Assembly (NCBI GenBank): GCA_018650165.1
Contig: JABIGM010000028.1
Coordinates: 1 to 31,195, forward strand
DNA: 31,195 nt
Direction: 5' to 3'
DNA from: Methanobacteriota archaeon
Lineage (GTDB): Archaea; Thermoplasmatota; Poseidoniia; Poseidoniales; Poseidoniaceae
Shown: one piece after another, positions 1 to 9,493 of the stretch
How the letters are laid out: every line of letters begins with the position of its first letter
Position numbering within the stretch: the stretch's first letter is position 1
Program-made: the position numbers and the translations under genes
The notes under the pieces: model-generated
Seen by the model: the letters and a program-made list of their open reading frames with translations, nothing else
Database searches by the model: none
Told to the model about the DNA's origin: nothing

Positions 1-378
1 AACGACGCAGTGGATCTTGATATCGACAATGACGGTATCGACAACCGCAACGACGCAGGCCCGAATGGCGAGGACTTCACTCGTGACCACGATAACGATG
101 GTTCGAATGACGCAGATGATACCGACGATGACAACGATGACATCCTAGACGTGGATGAAGTTGGTGGAGCCACTGGCACCTACCGCTACGACCACGACAA
201 CGATGGCATTTGGGACAGCACAGACACGGACGACGATAACGACGGCCTGTCTGACTGGTTCGAAACCAACGACGGTAACAGCCTAACTGGTCAATTTGAC
301 CACGACAATGACGGCAGTGATGACAACGAAGACGACGATGACGACAATGACGGCATCGAAGATATCCTCGAAGTTTGA
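1..378 (+). CDS. 3' end (partial) of a thrombospondin type-3-like (DxDxDG) calcium-binding repeat protein
   Basis: Frame 1 is open from base 1 to TGA at 376-378. It consists of tandem DxDNDG repeats, with 44 of 125 residues Asp by hand count. It ends without a TM anchor. The GTG at 10 is internal and not a real start. Confidence 0.85.
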   Translation, partial: NDAVDLDIDNDGIDNRNDAGPNGEDFTRDHDNDGSNDADDTDDDNDDILDVDEVGGATGTYRYDHDNDGIWDSTDTDDDNDGLSDWFETNDGNSLTGQFDHDNDGSDDNEDDDDDNDGIEDILEV

Positions 379-440
379 ACCACTTGAATTATCGTATTAG
401 GTAGTTGTTTCATACCCGTTCGAATTAGTTCGGGACAGCT

Positions 441-472
441 GATTCCACCGGGGGTTCGCCCCCGATGGAATC
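441..472 (+). other. GC-rich stem-loop (13 bp, one mismatch, UUCG loop) in the spacer between the two Asp-repeat genes; possible terminator or RNA stability element
   Basis: GATTCCA-C-CGGGGG-[TTCG]-CCCCCG-A-TGGAATC, followed by the pyrimidine tract TCCACTCTTTCTTTCC. Confidence 0.6.
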
Positions 473-554
473 TCCACTCTTTCTTTCCACCTCACGATGA
501 GGGGTGATACACTTAGCCCAGCGTGATACTCATGTGCACATACGCGTAGCGCGC

Positions 555-562
555 TTGATATA
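555..562 (+). promoter_or_regulatory. Possible archaeal TATA-like box for the giant protein gene
   Basis: TTGATATA about 40 nt upstream of ATG 601; match and position only. Confidence 0.25.
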
Positions 563-600
563 GTCGGCGTCAGTCACGAGATGATTCCGAAGTGTTAACT

Positions 601-3600
601 ATGCTCTCAAACAGACAATTTACTCAGCAAATCGAGAATAGACGCAAGTCCACAGTATCTGTGGGGATTGTGTTTTTGATGATCACCAGTACATGGATGG
701 GGCTGATTGCTTCACTCAATCAAGATTATGAATCAGATTCCATATTGGTTGATGCCGAACCACTTTCTTCAAGCGGAGCGCAATCAACCGATCAAGGCGG
801 CCAAGGAGAATGGAATGGCGGCATGCCATCTCATTTTGGTTTACAGATGCACGATGCACTCTGGGACTTGTCCTGGTCCGACCCTAGTATCATGTACGGG
901 CAAATCGGAGACCAATCCGCCCTAGCACTTGATGCAGGTTACGGCTCGATGCTCGAGGAATCAGGGGCAGATGATCACGACAACGACGGAATAAACGATC
1001 TTGACGACCTTGATGACGACAACGATGGAATCTACGATCTTCTTGAGAGATTTGATGGATGTTTTGGAACAGACCCCTACGACCACGATAATGACGGAAT
1101 TCAAGACCATCTAGACTGGGATGATGACAACGATGGAATCCTAGAAGGACCAGTAGATTATGATGCTCTAGAAGCACTGGGGCTCGACCCAAGAAATGTA
1201 ACAATGCATCGATACGTCGAATCCAGCACCATCCATCCTTTAACCGGACAAGCAGTTGGAATCTCTTACAGAGCAGACCAACTCCCATTCGATCACGATA
1301 ACGATGGCGTACCAGATGAAGACTCAGATGGTTCAGGTGCAGGCCGCTATGACGAAGATGACGATAACGATGCACGAATCGACCAATTCAAGTGGCCTTG
1401 TGATTTCGATAGTGATGGAGTCCAAGATTACTTTGACAATGATGATGATAACGACGGAGTAATCGATTGGAATGATGCTAATCCATACGACGCTAGCGTC
1501 ACAGGTGCAATGGATATTAGCGGAAATATGTTCGATGATTATCAACCATGGACCTTCAACCAATACAGACAATACTCTGCCGGTGTTAACTTTGTAGATT
1601 TACAGGCAGCAAAGGTCGATGCTAACGACGAATTCGACTTTGCAGGTGGAACGACAGGAGATGGCGCAGCAGGAACTCCTGCTTTCACCAACATTGTTGA
1701 CGGAGATTTGGATGGCGACGGAATTCCAAACTTTATCGACCCTGATAACGACGACGACGGAACTCCAGATTCAGCAGATACCGATGATGATAACGATGGC
1801 CTACTCGATATGTATGACCCTGATGACGATAACGATGGAATACCAGACACTTGTACAAACATAGATACTAATGGCGACGGCTTGAATGATTATACTGGAC
1901 TCAACTCAACTCCTTACCAGACCCCTGGTGCCGATACAGACAACACACCTGGGCATGATTGTGAAATGGATTATGACGCAGACCTTGACGACGATAGATT
2001 CAGACCATTCGACCAGAATTATAACGCTATTTGGGATTGGCTAGACCCTGACATGGGCGGTACACCAACTCCTGACGACTTTTTCCAGACACAAGGCTCG
2101 TCACTCGATTTCCCATACGACATGGATGACGATCAAATCGAAAACGAAAACGACTCATTCCCATTGGATAAGAATTCTGAAGCTTGGATTGCAACATGTA
2201 CCTCCCAATCTAATCCAAATCCACAAAACCCTGACCCAAGGTGTATGTCACGAAGAGCATCCTTTGCGCAATTCAATGACTGGGACGGCGATGGTATCTC
2301 TAACTGGGACGATGTAGATGACGACGGTGACGGAATTATTGACATGTTGGACATCGACTGGGATTGTGACTTTGACAACGACGCTCTTTTACACCAAATA
2401 AATGGAAGTAAATACAGAGACGACGGGCCAAACGACGTCGATTCAGATATCGATGGTGATGGTTTATCCAACGACATCGATTGGGATGACGACAACGATG
2501 GTCTAACTGATTTATACGATCCAGACGATGGAAATTGTGGAATTGTTGACTACGACGGCACAGATTCATTCGCAACACCATACTATCCACTTGGAGACGG
2601 CGCTGACCTTGATGGTAGTGCTGACAATCAAGATTATTCAGATAACACTGACAATTATTGGGACCTCGTTTGGAATACAAACCCATTCGCAGACGTTTAT
2701 CTAAACTACAACGGATATGACCCATCATCGCAACAAGGGGGGGAAGTTCCAGAGTTTTACTGGTTCCTGTTCACCCGATGGTCTTCTTACAATGGAGGTA
2801 ATGAATGGGACGTTGATGCAGATGGAGATTCTCTAATCAATGGATTAGATACCGACCAAGATGCAGACGGTATGCCAGATTGGTGGGACCAAGACGAAGG
2901 AAACGACGGTCTATTAGATGTCAACGATTTGAAAATGGGCGGTTCAATGGACCTAACTCAGTGTGGTATGACGGTCGGCCAATTGGGCTCAGGTTGGACA
3001 TGCGGTTACGCTTACGCAATAGCGTATCAAATGCCACTTACTGGAACCAATGCACAATTTGGCTCACCATATTCCACTAGAGCAGACGCAGCATTCGACC
3101 AAGGAGCAGGTGGAAAGAACACATGGGCCTGTACCCCGGGCGCTCAAGGCGGATGTTGGCACTATGATTTCGGAGGAGACGGAGACGTTGAGAGTGCGAT
3201 TTCATATACCCAAATCAAAGATAATCGTGATGCATTCATTACTTGGATGGGACTACTAACTGGTATTTGGCAGTGGAACTTTGACGACACTGCAGTAGCG
3301 GATACGGTAGGGTTCCCTGACGAATTAGGAGCAGATCTGCTTCACAATTCCGAAGACGGAGACGTAGATGGAGACTTTACTAACAACACAGTTGATCTCG
3401 ACGAAGACTACGACAATGTTTACGACTGGAACGATGTTGATGACGACAACGATGGTGTTTGGGATTTCTTTGAAGTCGATACCAACGATGACTTGGATGA
3501 TGACGTAGACCAAGACTATGGCACCGAGTTCTTCACTGGATTGAACTGTGACGACCAGGACGATGACGGAAATGACCAGGACGTTGATGGTGACGGATGG

Positions 3601-6600
3601 TTCCAAGCAGTTTGGGACCGCGGAGTCATGAGTCAAGGCCTGAAAGCACCTAAATTCTATGATGTTGATAATGACAATGATGGAGTTCCAGATTCCGAAG
3701 ATCCTGACGATGACAACAATGGAGTGATGGATGTTCAACAAGAATTACAGCCGGGATGTTTCTCTGGCGAAGAACAGCATCCGTTCGACCACGATAACGA
3801 TGGAATTGTAGACTGGAAAGACGATGACTTTGACGGCGATGGAATTGCAAATCTAGTTGAAGCTGCAGTTTCAATTACAGCACCGTACGACCACGACAAC
3901 GACGGTCTTCGGGATGATTTGGATAAAGACGACGATGAAGACGGAATGCAAGACATAGACGAAGTTCTGCTATGGCCTCTCCGCTTCGATACCGAATCTA
4001 CAAACCCATGGGACCACGATGACTTTGGAGGGGGCTTAGGTATTGCAAATCCATTAGATCCTTCGACAGGACCAGACGTAGTCGATAACGATGACGATAA
4101 TGATTCACGTGAGGATAACGATTGGGACCATCTGGAAGAGACACACACCTCAGACCTTTGTTATGGAGGTGCGCAATCAAGCGACTGGGACCACGACAAT
4201 GATTGTGTCCTAGATGCAGACGATAAGGCACCTACTTTCATTACTTTAGATATGCCAGATACACTTTGGCTAGATGCACAAAGCCCTGCAATATTCCGCG
4301 GGCACGTTGATTGGTTAAATCCTATATCATCAACACTTGAAGCAGCACCTGGGCTACCTGTTCAAGTTCATATTGAGTGGACTGGAAATAACACTACTGC
4401 AATCGAAACAATCGACGTTATCACAAACATGTGGGGTAATTTCACAGTTGGCCAGTTCCTATATCCAGAGGATTTAGTGGTTGGAGATAACACAACATAC
4501 CGTGTGTATGCAGAAGTTACCGAAATGTTTGCATTCAATGGAAACGAATCACAATCTTACTATGTAGGCTGTGAAGCAAACATGACCGTTGATTATTCCG
4601 CATGGACTTACTTCAGAAGCGACGAGCAGCCATTCTGGTTAGATTTCAAATCCCATTATGCCGCTGACTGGGCCCGTGGATTGTATGATAACCGTATCAA
4701 GAACTCACCGATCAGTTTCGAAATCACCGGTGGTCTTTTCGGCAACAGAACCAATCCATCTAACTTTACTGGATTCGATAATAACGGATACAGAACCGAT
4801 GATGACGGATGGGCTTCACTAACATTCGTTCAAAACCTTGGTGCTAATGGTACTTGGAAACAAGTACGGTGGAATTCGACTTTAGACAATGGCGTGGGAC
4901 AACTTTCCGGGGCCTACGAGGAAATCGTTTGGAACGATCTGACCAAAACCCATGACGTATTGGTCGACGCTCAAGGCGATCCGCTTCGTTATGACTATAC
5001 CAATACCAGTTTACCAGCTGGAGATATTGAGATTTTAGCCTCGGTAATACCCGGTCTTGCTAGCGAATGGCCATTCCCTTACTTACACGGCGATTCTTCT
5101 GATCCATTCCCTGTACGTGTCATGCACCGCATGAATATCGAAGGCGAAATGATCGTTAGCGGCCTCTCTGCAGTATACTATTGGGATGGGACAATCAACA
5201 ATGGCGATGGAACATTCGGAAACTGGGCAACACTCTTCCACCAGCAAGCACTCAACGCTGCTGGAGTTAGTTATGATGATGCTAAGGTATTGAGGCCTTA
5301 TCCAAGTCTATGGGATGGAACTCCGGAAAACCTACCGGGCGAAGCAATCAATTTGAGAAACTTCTTGGAAGTTAATGGCACCCACTGGTTCATTTCACTC
5401 GTTAACGGTGGAGATGGAGATTTGCCACCGTGTGGACAAGTCGACCCAACAGACCCATCAAGTCCAGTACGATGTGAAATCGTTCCTGAGATGAATACTG
5501 GTGAAACATTTGGAGTACGTGGAACTGTTACCAACCGTACAAATGATGCATGGGACCAAGATCCAATCGCTCTACAAATTGATATTGACCATAATGGACA
5601 ATTTATGGGCAGTCAGGAAACCGCCTATACGCAGCGTCCAGTAATGGATAATGGCGAAGCGACCTTCGAGTATAACTGGACCTGGTTCAGCCAATACGCG
5701 GCAGGAACATATGGCGTACGTGTTGATTTTACTAACAATGCATACTATTTCACTGGAAATTCGACCAATCTTGCGGCAACTGGCGCATACATCAACGTTT
5801 CAGTGGTAGGTACTACTCAGTTCCAAATGACCAGTGTCCCACGCTTATATCGTAACACTACAACTATTATTGAAGCTAGATTGTTGGACAATTCCTTACA
5901 ACCACTTCGTCAAGTTCCAGTGACCTGGACTTGGTCTTATGATGGTAGAAGCGGAGTGAATTATACTGATGACATGGGCACATTTGCCATACCTTTCGAT
6001 ATTAATCCAGAAGATTCACTGGGTAATTACTCGTTACAATTTGAGTATGATGGCGAATTACTGATGAAGGGTAATGTGGATAGCCAGAATGTGTGGGTTG
6101 TTTCTAGAACTTACGTCAATGTAATTTCCTCAGATCCAAATATCAGACAATCTGGTGATCGTTGGGATTTCACCGCACAAGTTACTGATGATAACAAAAC
6201 AGCAACTGTTAGAGATTCAGGTGGCCGTGAACTTAGCGGAGCATCAACTCCGAACGGCGGCCTCGTGGATGTTATCTACGAAGGGCTTGATTTCGATGGA
6301 GTCATGCACAGGCAGGTTGTAGCAACACTCGCTCCAAATGCTGGTTTAGTTTCACTACCAGAGCCTCAACCAGATGGAAGTCATTTGTGTTTCTATGATG
6401 GCAATAACGATGGCATCCCTGACCGTGACTCAAACGGTAATGGACAACTCGACGACGCAGAAGCGATTGGATGTATGAAGGCGAACGTCTCCCCACTATC
6501 TCCGGAATTATTGCGCCAAGACCCTGACAGTTTCTTACCAGATGGATTTGGGCCAGTATCGGTTTACTTGCGATTCCGCGAAACCCTTCCTAACGAAGGC

Positions 6601-8478
6601 TGTGAAAACTTGGAAGTTGAATACTTGTCCATGCAAGGTAAATGGGACCCATGTGTCGACCTAATCGGAAATGACCATTTCCGTATTCAAATGGCTTACA
6701 ATGCAAACGGTTTCTCATTAATCGGCCGCACAAGTTTGGATGTAGATGACCAGATTGTTTACACAAGCGAAATCGATCCATTGACCGGCGAAGTAGTGTC
6801 TAAGCCAATGGTTGTCACAGGACAATTAACTGATGAGTTGGATACCAATCTAACATTCAGAAATGTTCGTGTTAACTATGAGATGGTAAATAGCCCAGCT
6901 GGGCCAGTAGCATGTTACAACGGAATCACTGATATTAATGGTAGATTCGCAATCACATGCCCTCTATCAGATGTAATGGCCGGAACCGCTCGTGTTTCAG
7001 TAACTTATTCTGCATGGGACAACAACGATGCATACCGTTACCAGAACAAGACTGTTCAGACCGAGTTCGATGTATTTAGTAATTCGACACTACAAATTGC
7101 TGAAGTCGGACCGTTCAAGTCTAGCGTAGAAACGTTTGTTGCACCAAACAATGGAACTGCATTCCCAGTATTGTATCTAAAGGAGAGTTTCCATATCGAT
7201 GCAATCCTTACACAATCGAACGGGCAGTATGTTGGTGGAAAGTGTTTGAACATCTATCTTGACCCACAGAAGAACGTACGTCCGCTCTCTAGTATCAATA
7301 CAAGAGAATCCGATGGAATGGTCGAATGGTTCAGTGGCGATCCAAGTCAAAACCCTGGTCTAAAGGGAGTTGAAACTACTGGTGGAGAACTCGAAGGGTT
7401 CAGACTACTTCGGGTATCCTTCGAACCAGAAGTCAATGTTCCAGGTGGCTGTGATAAGGATACTAGCAACGTACTGAACGGTTCACACATGGATATCGTA
7501 GTTCTTGTTCGTAGCCGTGTTGACATTCAAGTGAAGACCTCTTGGTCTCATGTTAACAACAACGGGCTGGATACCAATGACAATGTCTTTGGAGAAGTTG
7601 CACTATTGCGCGACCGCCTTGATTTGGCTGTTGAAAACGAAGAGATATTCTTCATCCGAGAGTATTGGGATTCCGATGCTATGGAATGGGTTGTTGAAGG
7701 ACGCAACGAATCGTATACAAACGAACAAGGTATTGCTTCCTTTGATTGGACGTTTTCTGCAAAAACATGTGCAGGAGAAGCTTGTGTTGGAGATTGGAGA
7801 ATCAAGGCATACTACCCTGGCTCGACATTCTTTGCCGAATCAAGTGATAATATAACCCATGAGATACACTATGAGAAATCATCAATTGTAGACCAAAGTG
7901 AAGGAATATTCACTCCAAGTACGATAATGGCTCTAATCATAGTTCTTCTTGGTGCTGCTATTGCTGGAGTAATGTACTACCAACGTGTAGTCGCAAGGCG
8001 CCAAGTCGAAGCATTACGCGGTATACTAACCGATACTATGATGCAACTACAGGCTGCAAACGAGTACATTGCGATCATCTTTGACTGTTACAAGCAACTG
8101 GTCAAGCACTTCCGCAGACATGGATTCATGAAGAAGGTCTACGAGACAACACGTGAATTCGAAAGTGCGGTGCGTGGAGCATTCCACATGGTGCCGGCTG
8201 ACCAACTTGATGGATTCATAGCAATTTTCGAGGAAGCACGTTACTCGGACCACGAAATCGGCCCAAGCCATCGTGACAGTGCAATCGCAACTCTCAACGC
8301 AATCACCCAGAGCCTTTCAATCGCTCTTGGAGATGGTGGAATGATTACTAGAGGCGAGCAACATGATGCTAACCTATACGGTGGTCTGACCAAGGCTGGA
8401 GAATTTGTTGCGGCCGATGGAACCGTTCGTCAAGCAGGTCTTGATGAAGGCGAAGAACAATCTAATTTCAAGATTTGA
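601..8478 (+). CDS. Giant (~2,625 aa) cell-surface protein: N-terminal signal/TM, TSP3-like Ca-binding repeat region, Ig-like beta-rich stalk, C-terminal TM and cytoplasmic DUF4129-like domain
   Basis: 7.9-kb ORF (GTG 592 or ATG 601). Hydrophobic N-segment RRKSTVSVGIVFLMITSTWMGLIASL. Dozens of DxDxDG motifs. TM IMALIIVLLGAAIAGVMYY followed by CYKQL..F...G....ETTREF...FEEARYSDHEI, typical of DUF4129. Confidence 0.85.
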   Translation: MLSNRQFTQQIENRRKSTVSVGIVFLMITSTWMGLIASLNQDYESDSILVDAEPLSSSGAQSTDQGGQGEWNGGMPSHFGLQMHDALWDLSWSDPSIMYGQIGDQSALALDAGYGSMLEESGADDHDNDGINDLDDLDDDNDGIYDLLERFDGCFGTDPYDHDNDGIQDHLDWDDDNDGILEGPVDYDALEALGLDPRNVTMHRYVESSTIHPLTGQAVGISYRADQLPFDHDNDGVPDEDSDGSGAGRYDEDDDNDARIDQFKWPCDFDSDGVQDYFDNDDDNDGVIDWNDANPYDASVTGAMDISGNMFDDYQPWTFNQYRQYSAGVNFVDLQAAKVDANDEFDFAGGTTGDGAAGTPAFTNIVDGDLDGDGIPNFIDPDNDDDGTPDSADTDDDNDGLLDMYDPDDDNDGIPDTCTNIDTNGDGLNDYTGLNSTPYQTPGADTDNTPGHDCEMDYDADLDDDRFRPFDQNYNAIWDWLDPDMGGTPTPDDFFQTQGSSLDFPYDMDDDQIENENDSFPLDKNSEAWIATCTSQSNPNPQNPDPRCMSRRASFAQFNDWDGDGISNWDDVDDDGDGIIDMLDIDWDCDFDNDALLHQINGSKYRDDGPNDVDSDIDGDGLSNDIDWDDDNDGLTDLYDPDDGNCGIVDYDGTDSFATPYYPLGDGADLDGSADNQDYSDNTDNYWDLVWNTNPFADVYLNYNGYDPSSQQGGEVPEFYWFLFTRWSSYNGGNEWDVDADGDSLINGLDTDQDADGMPDWWDQDEGNDGLLDVNDLKMGGSMDLTQCGMTVGQLGSGWTCGYAYAIAYQMPLTGTNAQFGSPYSTRADAAFDQGAGGKNTWACTPGAQGGCWHYDFGGDGDVESAISYTQIKDNRDAFITWMGLLTGIWQWNFDDTAVADTVGFPDELGADLLHNSEDGDVDGDFTNNTVDLDEDYDNVYDWNDVDDDNDGVWDFFEVDTNDDLDDDVDQDYGTEFFTGLNCDDQDDDGNDQDVDGDGWFQAVWDRGVMSQGLKAPKFYDVDNDNDGVPDSEDPDDDNNGVMDVQQELQPGCFSGEEQHPFDHDNDGIVDWKDDDFDGDGIANLVEAAVSITAPYDHDNDGLRDDLDKDDDEDGMQDIDEVLLWPLRFDTESTNPWDHDDFGGGLGIANPLDPSTGPDVVDNDDDNDSREDNDWDHLEETHTSDLCYGGAQSSDWDHDNDCVLDADDKAPTFITLDMPDTLWLDAQSPAIFRGHVDWLNPISSTLEAAPGLPVQVHIEWTGNNTTAIETIDVITNMWGNFTVGQFLYPEDLVVGDNTTYRVYAEVTEMFAFNGNESQSYYVGCEANMTVDYSAWTYFRSDEQPFWLDFKSHYAADWARGLYDNRIKNSPISFEITGGLFGNRTNPSNFTGFDNNGYRTDDDGWASLTFVQNLGANGTWKQVRWNSTLDNGVGQLSGAYEEIVWNDLTKTHDVLVDAQGDPLRYDYTNTSLPAGDIEILASVIPGLASEWPFPYLHGDSSDPFPVRVMHRMNIEGEMIVSGLSAVYYWDGTINNGDGTFGNWATLFHQQALNAAGVSYDDAKVLRPYPSLWDGTPENLPGEAINLRNFLEVNGTHWFISLVNGGDGDLPPCGQVDPTDPSSPVRCEIVPEMNTGETFGVRGTVTNRTNDAWDQDPIALQIDIDHNGQFMGSQETAYTQRPVMDNGEATFEYNWTWFSQYAAGTYGVRVDFTNNAYYFTGNSTNLAATGAYINVSVVGTTQFQMTSVPRLYRNTTTIIEARLLDNSLQPLRQVPVTWTWSYDGRSGVNYTDDMGTFAIPFDINPEDSLGNYSLQFEYDGELLMKGNVDSQNVWVVSRTYVNVISSDPNIRQSGDRWDFTAQVTDDNKTATVRDSGGRELSGASTPNGGLVDVIYEGLDFDGVMHRQVVATLAPNAGLVSLPEPQPDGSHLCFYDGNNDGIPDRDSNGNGQLDDAEAIGCMKANVSPLSPELLRQDPDSFLPDGFGPVSVYLRFRETLPNEGCENLEVEYLSMQGKWDPCVDLIGNDHFRIQMAYNANGFSLIGRTSLDVDDQIVYTSEIDPLTGEVVSKPMVVTGQLTDELDTNLTFRNVRVNYEMVNSPAGPVACYNGITDINGRFAITCPLSDVMAGTARVSVTYSAWDNNDAYRYQNKTVQTEFDVFSNSTLQIAEVGPFKSSVETFVAPNNGTAFPVLYLKESFHIDAILTQSNGQYVGGKCLNIYLDPQKNVRPLSSINTRESDGMVEWFSGDPSQNPGLKGVETTGGELEGFRLLRVSFEPEVNVPGGCDKDTSNVLNGSHMDIVVLVRSRVDIQVKTSWSHVNNNGLDTNDNVFGEVALLRDRLDLAVENEEIFFIREYWDSDAMEWVVEGRNESYTNEQGIASFDWTFSAKTCAGEACVGDWRIKAYYPGSTFFAESSDNITHEIHYEKSSIVDQSEGIFTPSTIMALIIVLLGAAIAGVMYYQRVVARRQVEALRGILTDTMMQLQAANEYIAIIFDCYKQLVKHFRRHGFMKKVYETTREFESAVRGAFHMVPADQLDGFIAIFEEARYSDHEIGPSHRDSAIATLNAITQSLSIALGDGGMITRGEQHDANLYGGLTKAGEFVAADGTVRQAGLDEGEEQSNFKI
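970..4224 (+). repeat. Intragenic region of degenerate DxDxDG / DHDNDG acidic repeats
   Basis: Recurrent DxDxDGxxDxxDxDDDNDG units in translation; recurrent GAYCAYGAYAAYGAYGG-like sequences in the DNA. Confidence 0.85.
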
Positions 8479-8499
8479 AGTTGATTTATTACGGCTGAA

Positions 8500-8529
8500 G
8501 GCAAAGCGGGGCAGAATCCCCGCTTTGCC
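8500..8529. other. Perfect 12-bp inverted repeat 21 nt after the giant gene stop; possible terminator or 3' stabiliser
   Basis: GGCAAAGCGGGG-[CAGAAT]-CCCCGCTTTGCC, preceded by T-rich TTGATTTATT. Confidence 0.6.
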
Positions 8530-8575
8530 CCATTGTCGTCGCAGGTTTGATGTGCCATATGCTCGTGGCAGTACC

Positions 8576-9019
8576 ATGAGCGATTGGAAAACTCTCCTTG
8601 ATCAAGCAATGATCCAAGAAGATGGTGATACTGTTGGCGCACACATAACATACGGTAATGCAGTAAAAGCAGCACTTGCAAATGCGCAAGGCCTACTGCA
8701 TGATGTGGAAGCAGCACAAATTATGGAAGTAATATACGGAGCCCTTGTGGCCTATTCACAACAAGTGATGCTACGACTGAAAATTGAAGATGAGCAAGTC
8801 GGCGGCCCCGACCATGCATTTAGAGTTGGACAAGCATACGGAGTATCTTGTGTTCTAAATCACTTAATCGACCAGTTGACAGATGTGGCATCAATCACAA
8901 ATCTGCAAGCATTTGATGCCTTTTCAGACACACTACACAATGACATTTTGGTGCAAGTTAAAGCAGCAGGATTATTTGTTCCTGTACTCGATGCCAAGGG
9001 CGAAATTATCAATGAATGA
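8576..9019 (+). CDS. Hypothetical protein, 147 aa, predicted all-helical
   Basis: ATG 8576 (MSDWKTLLDQAM...). The longer 8405 start overlaps the previous gene and the hairpin. Normal protein composition, no recognised motif. Confidence 0.75.
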   Translation: MSDWKTLLDQAMIQEDGDTVGAHITYGNAVKAALANAQGLLHDVEAAQIMEVIYGALVAYSQQVMLRLKIEDEQVGGPDHAFRVGQAYGVSCVLNHLIDQLTDVASITNLQAFDAFSDTLHNDILVQVKAAGLFVPVLDAKGEIINE

Positions 9020-9127
9020 ATTCCTTAAAACGCAGCACCTCGGCGCGAAACACCAATTGTGCGCGTCGGTGGCTTCATAACAGGGCGGTCGGTCGGCGAC
9101 TTGCTTCTAAAGCATCGAGGGAGTCAT

Positions 9128-9493
9128 ATGAGTAAACCTGTAAGCAAGACAAACCCAAATTTAGTCGGTCTAATCGGCGATTTGAAGGCACAGTCTCGCG
9201 AGACCGGCGCACCTTTGTGGCGAGATGTCGCACTACGTCTTTCTAAGAGCCGTAGTAACTGGGCACAACCAAACCTTAGCCGCTTGAGCCGCCACTGCCC
9301 CGAGGGCGTAACAGTCCTCGTTCCAGGCAAGTTGCTCGGCAGCGGAGAGGTTTCGTCCAAGCACGACGTCGCCGCATACAGTATCAGCGCTGGAGCCCGT
9401 GAGAAGATCGAAGCAGCTGGAGGACGTGTCCTCTCGCTTGCTGATTTAATGAACGAAAACCCAAAGGGATCGGGGGTGTACATCCTTGGCTGA
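9128..9493 (+). CDS. rpl18e: 50S ribosomal protein L18e (eL18)
   Basis: KTNPNL..LI..LK..SRE..A.LW..VA.RL.K.R......NLSRL...VLVPGKLLGSG signature; first gene of the archaeal L18e-L13-S9-rpoN block. Confidence 0.95.
   Translation: MSKPVSKTNPNLVGLIGDLKAQSRETGAPLWRDVALRLSKSRSNWAQPNLSRLSRHCPEGVTVLVPGKLLGSGEVSSKHDVAAYSISAGAREKIEAAGGRVLSLADLMNENPKGSGVYILG

Noticed and set aside
395-545. 5S rRNA, SRP RNA or RNase P RNA in the first spacer
   Set aside because: No diagnostic conserved motifs recognised on either strand; kept only as an unassigned structured region
707-8271. Many 60-160 aa alternative-frame and antisense ORFs inside the giant gene
   Set aside because: Shadow ORFs arising from GAY/AAY-rich codon repetition; no motifs, and fully nested in a strong CDS
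8405-8575. N-terminal extension of the 147-aa protein in the ORF track
   Set aside because: Overlaps the giant gene's end and runs through the hairpin; ATG 8576 is more plausible. Similar extensions were trimmed at 9059, 25142, 25293, 27144, 27247, 29282, 29524 and 31058.
9020-9127. tRNA-Leu or remnant upstream of rpl18e
   Set aside because: No cloverleaf or T-loop motif found
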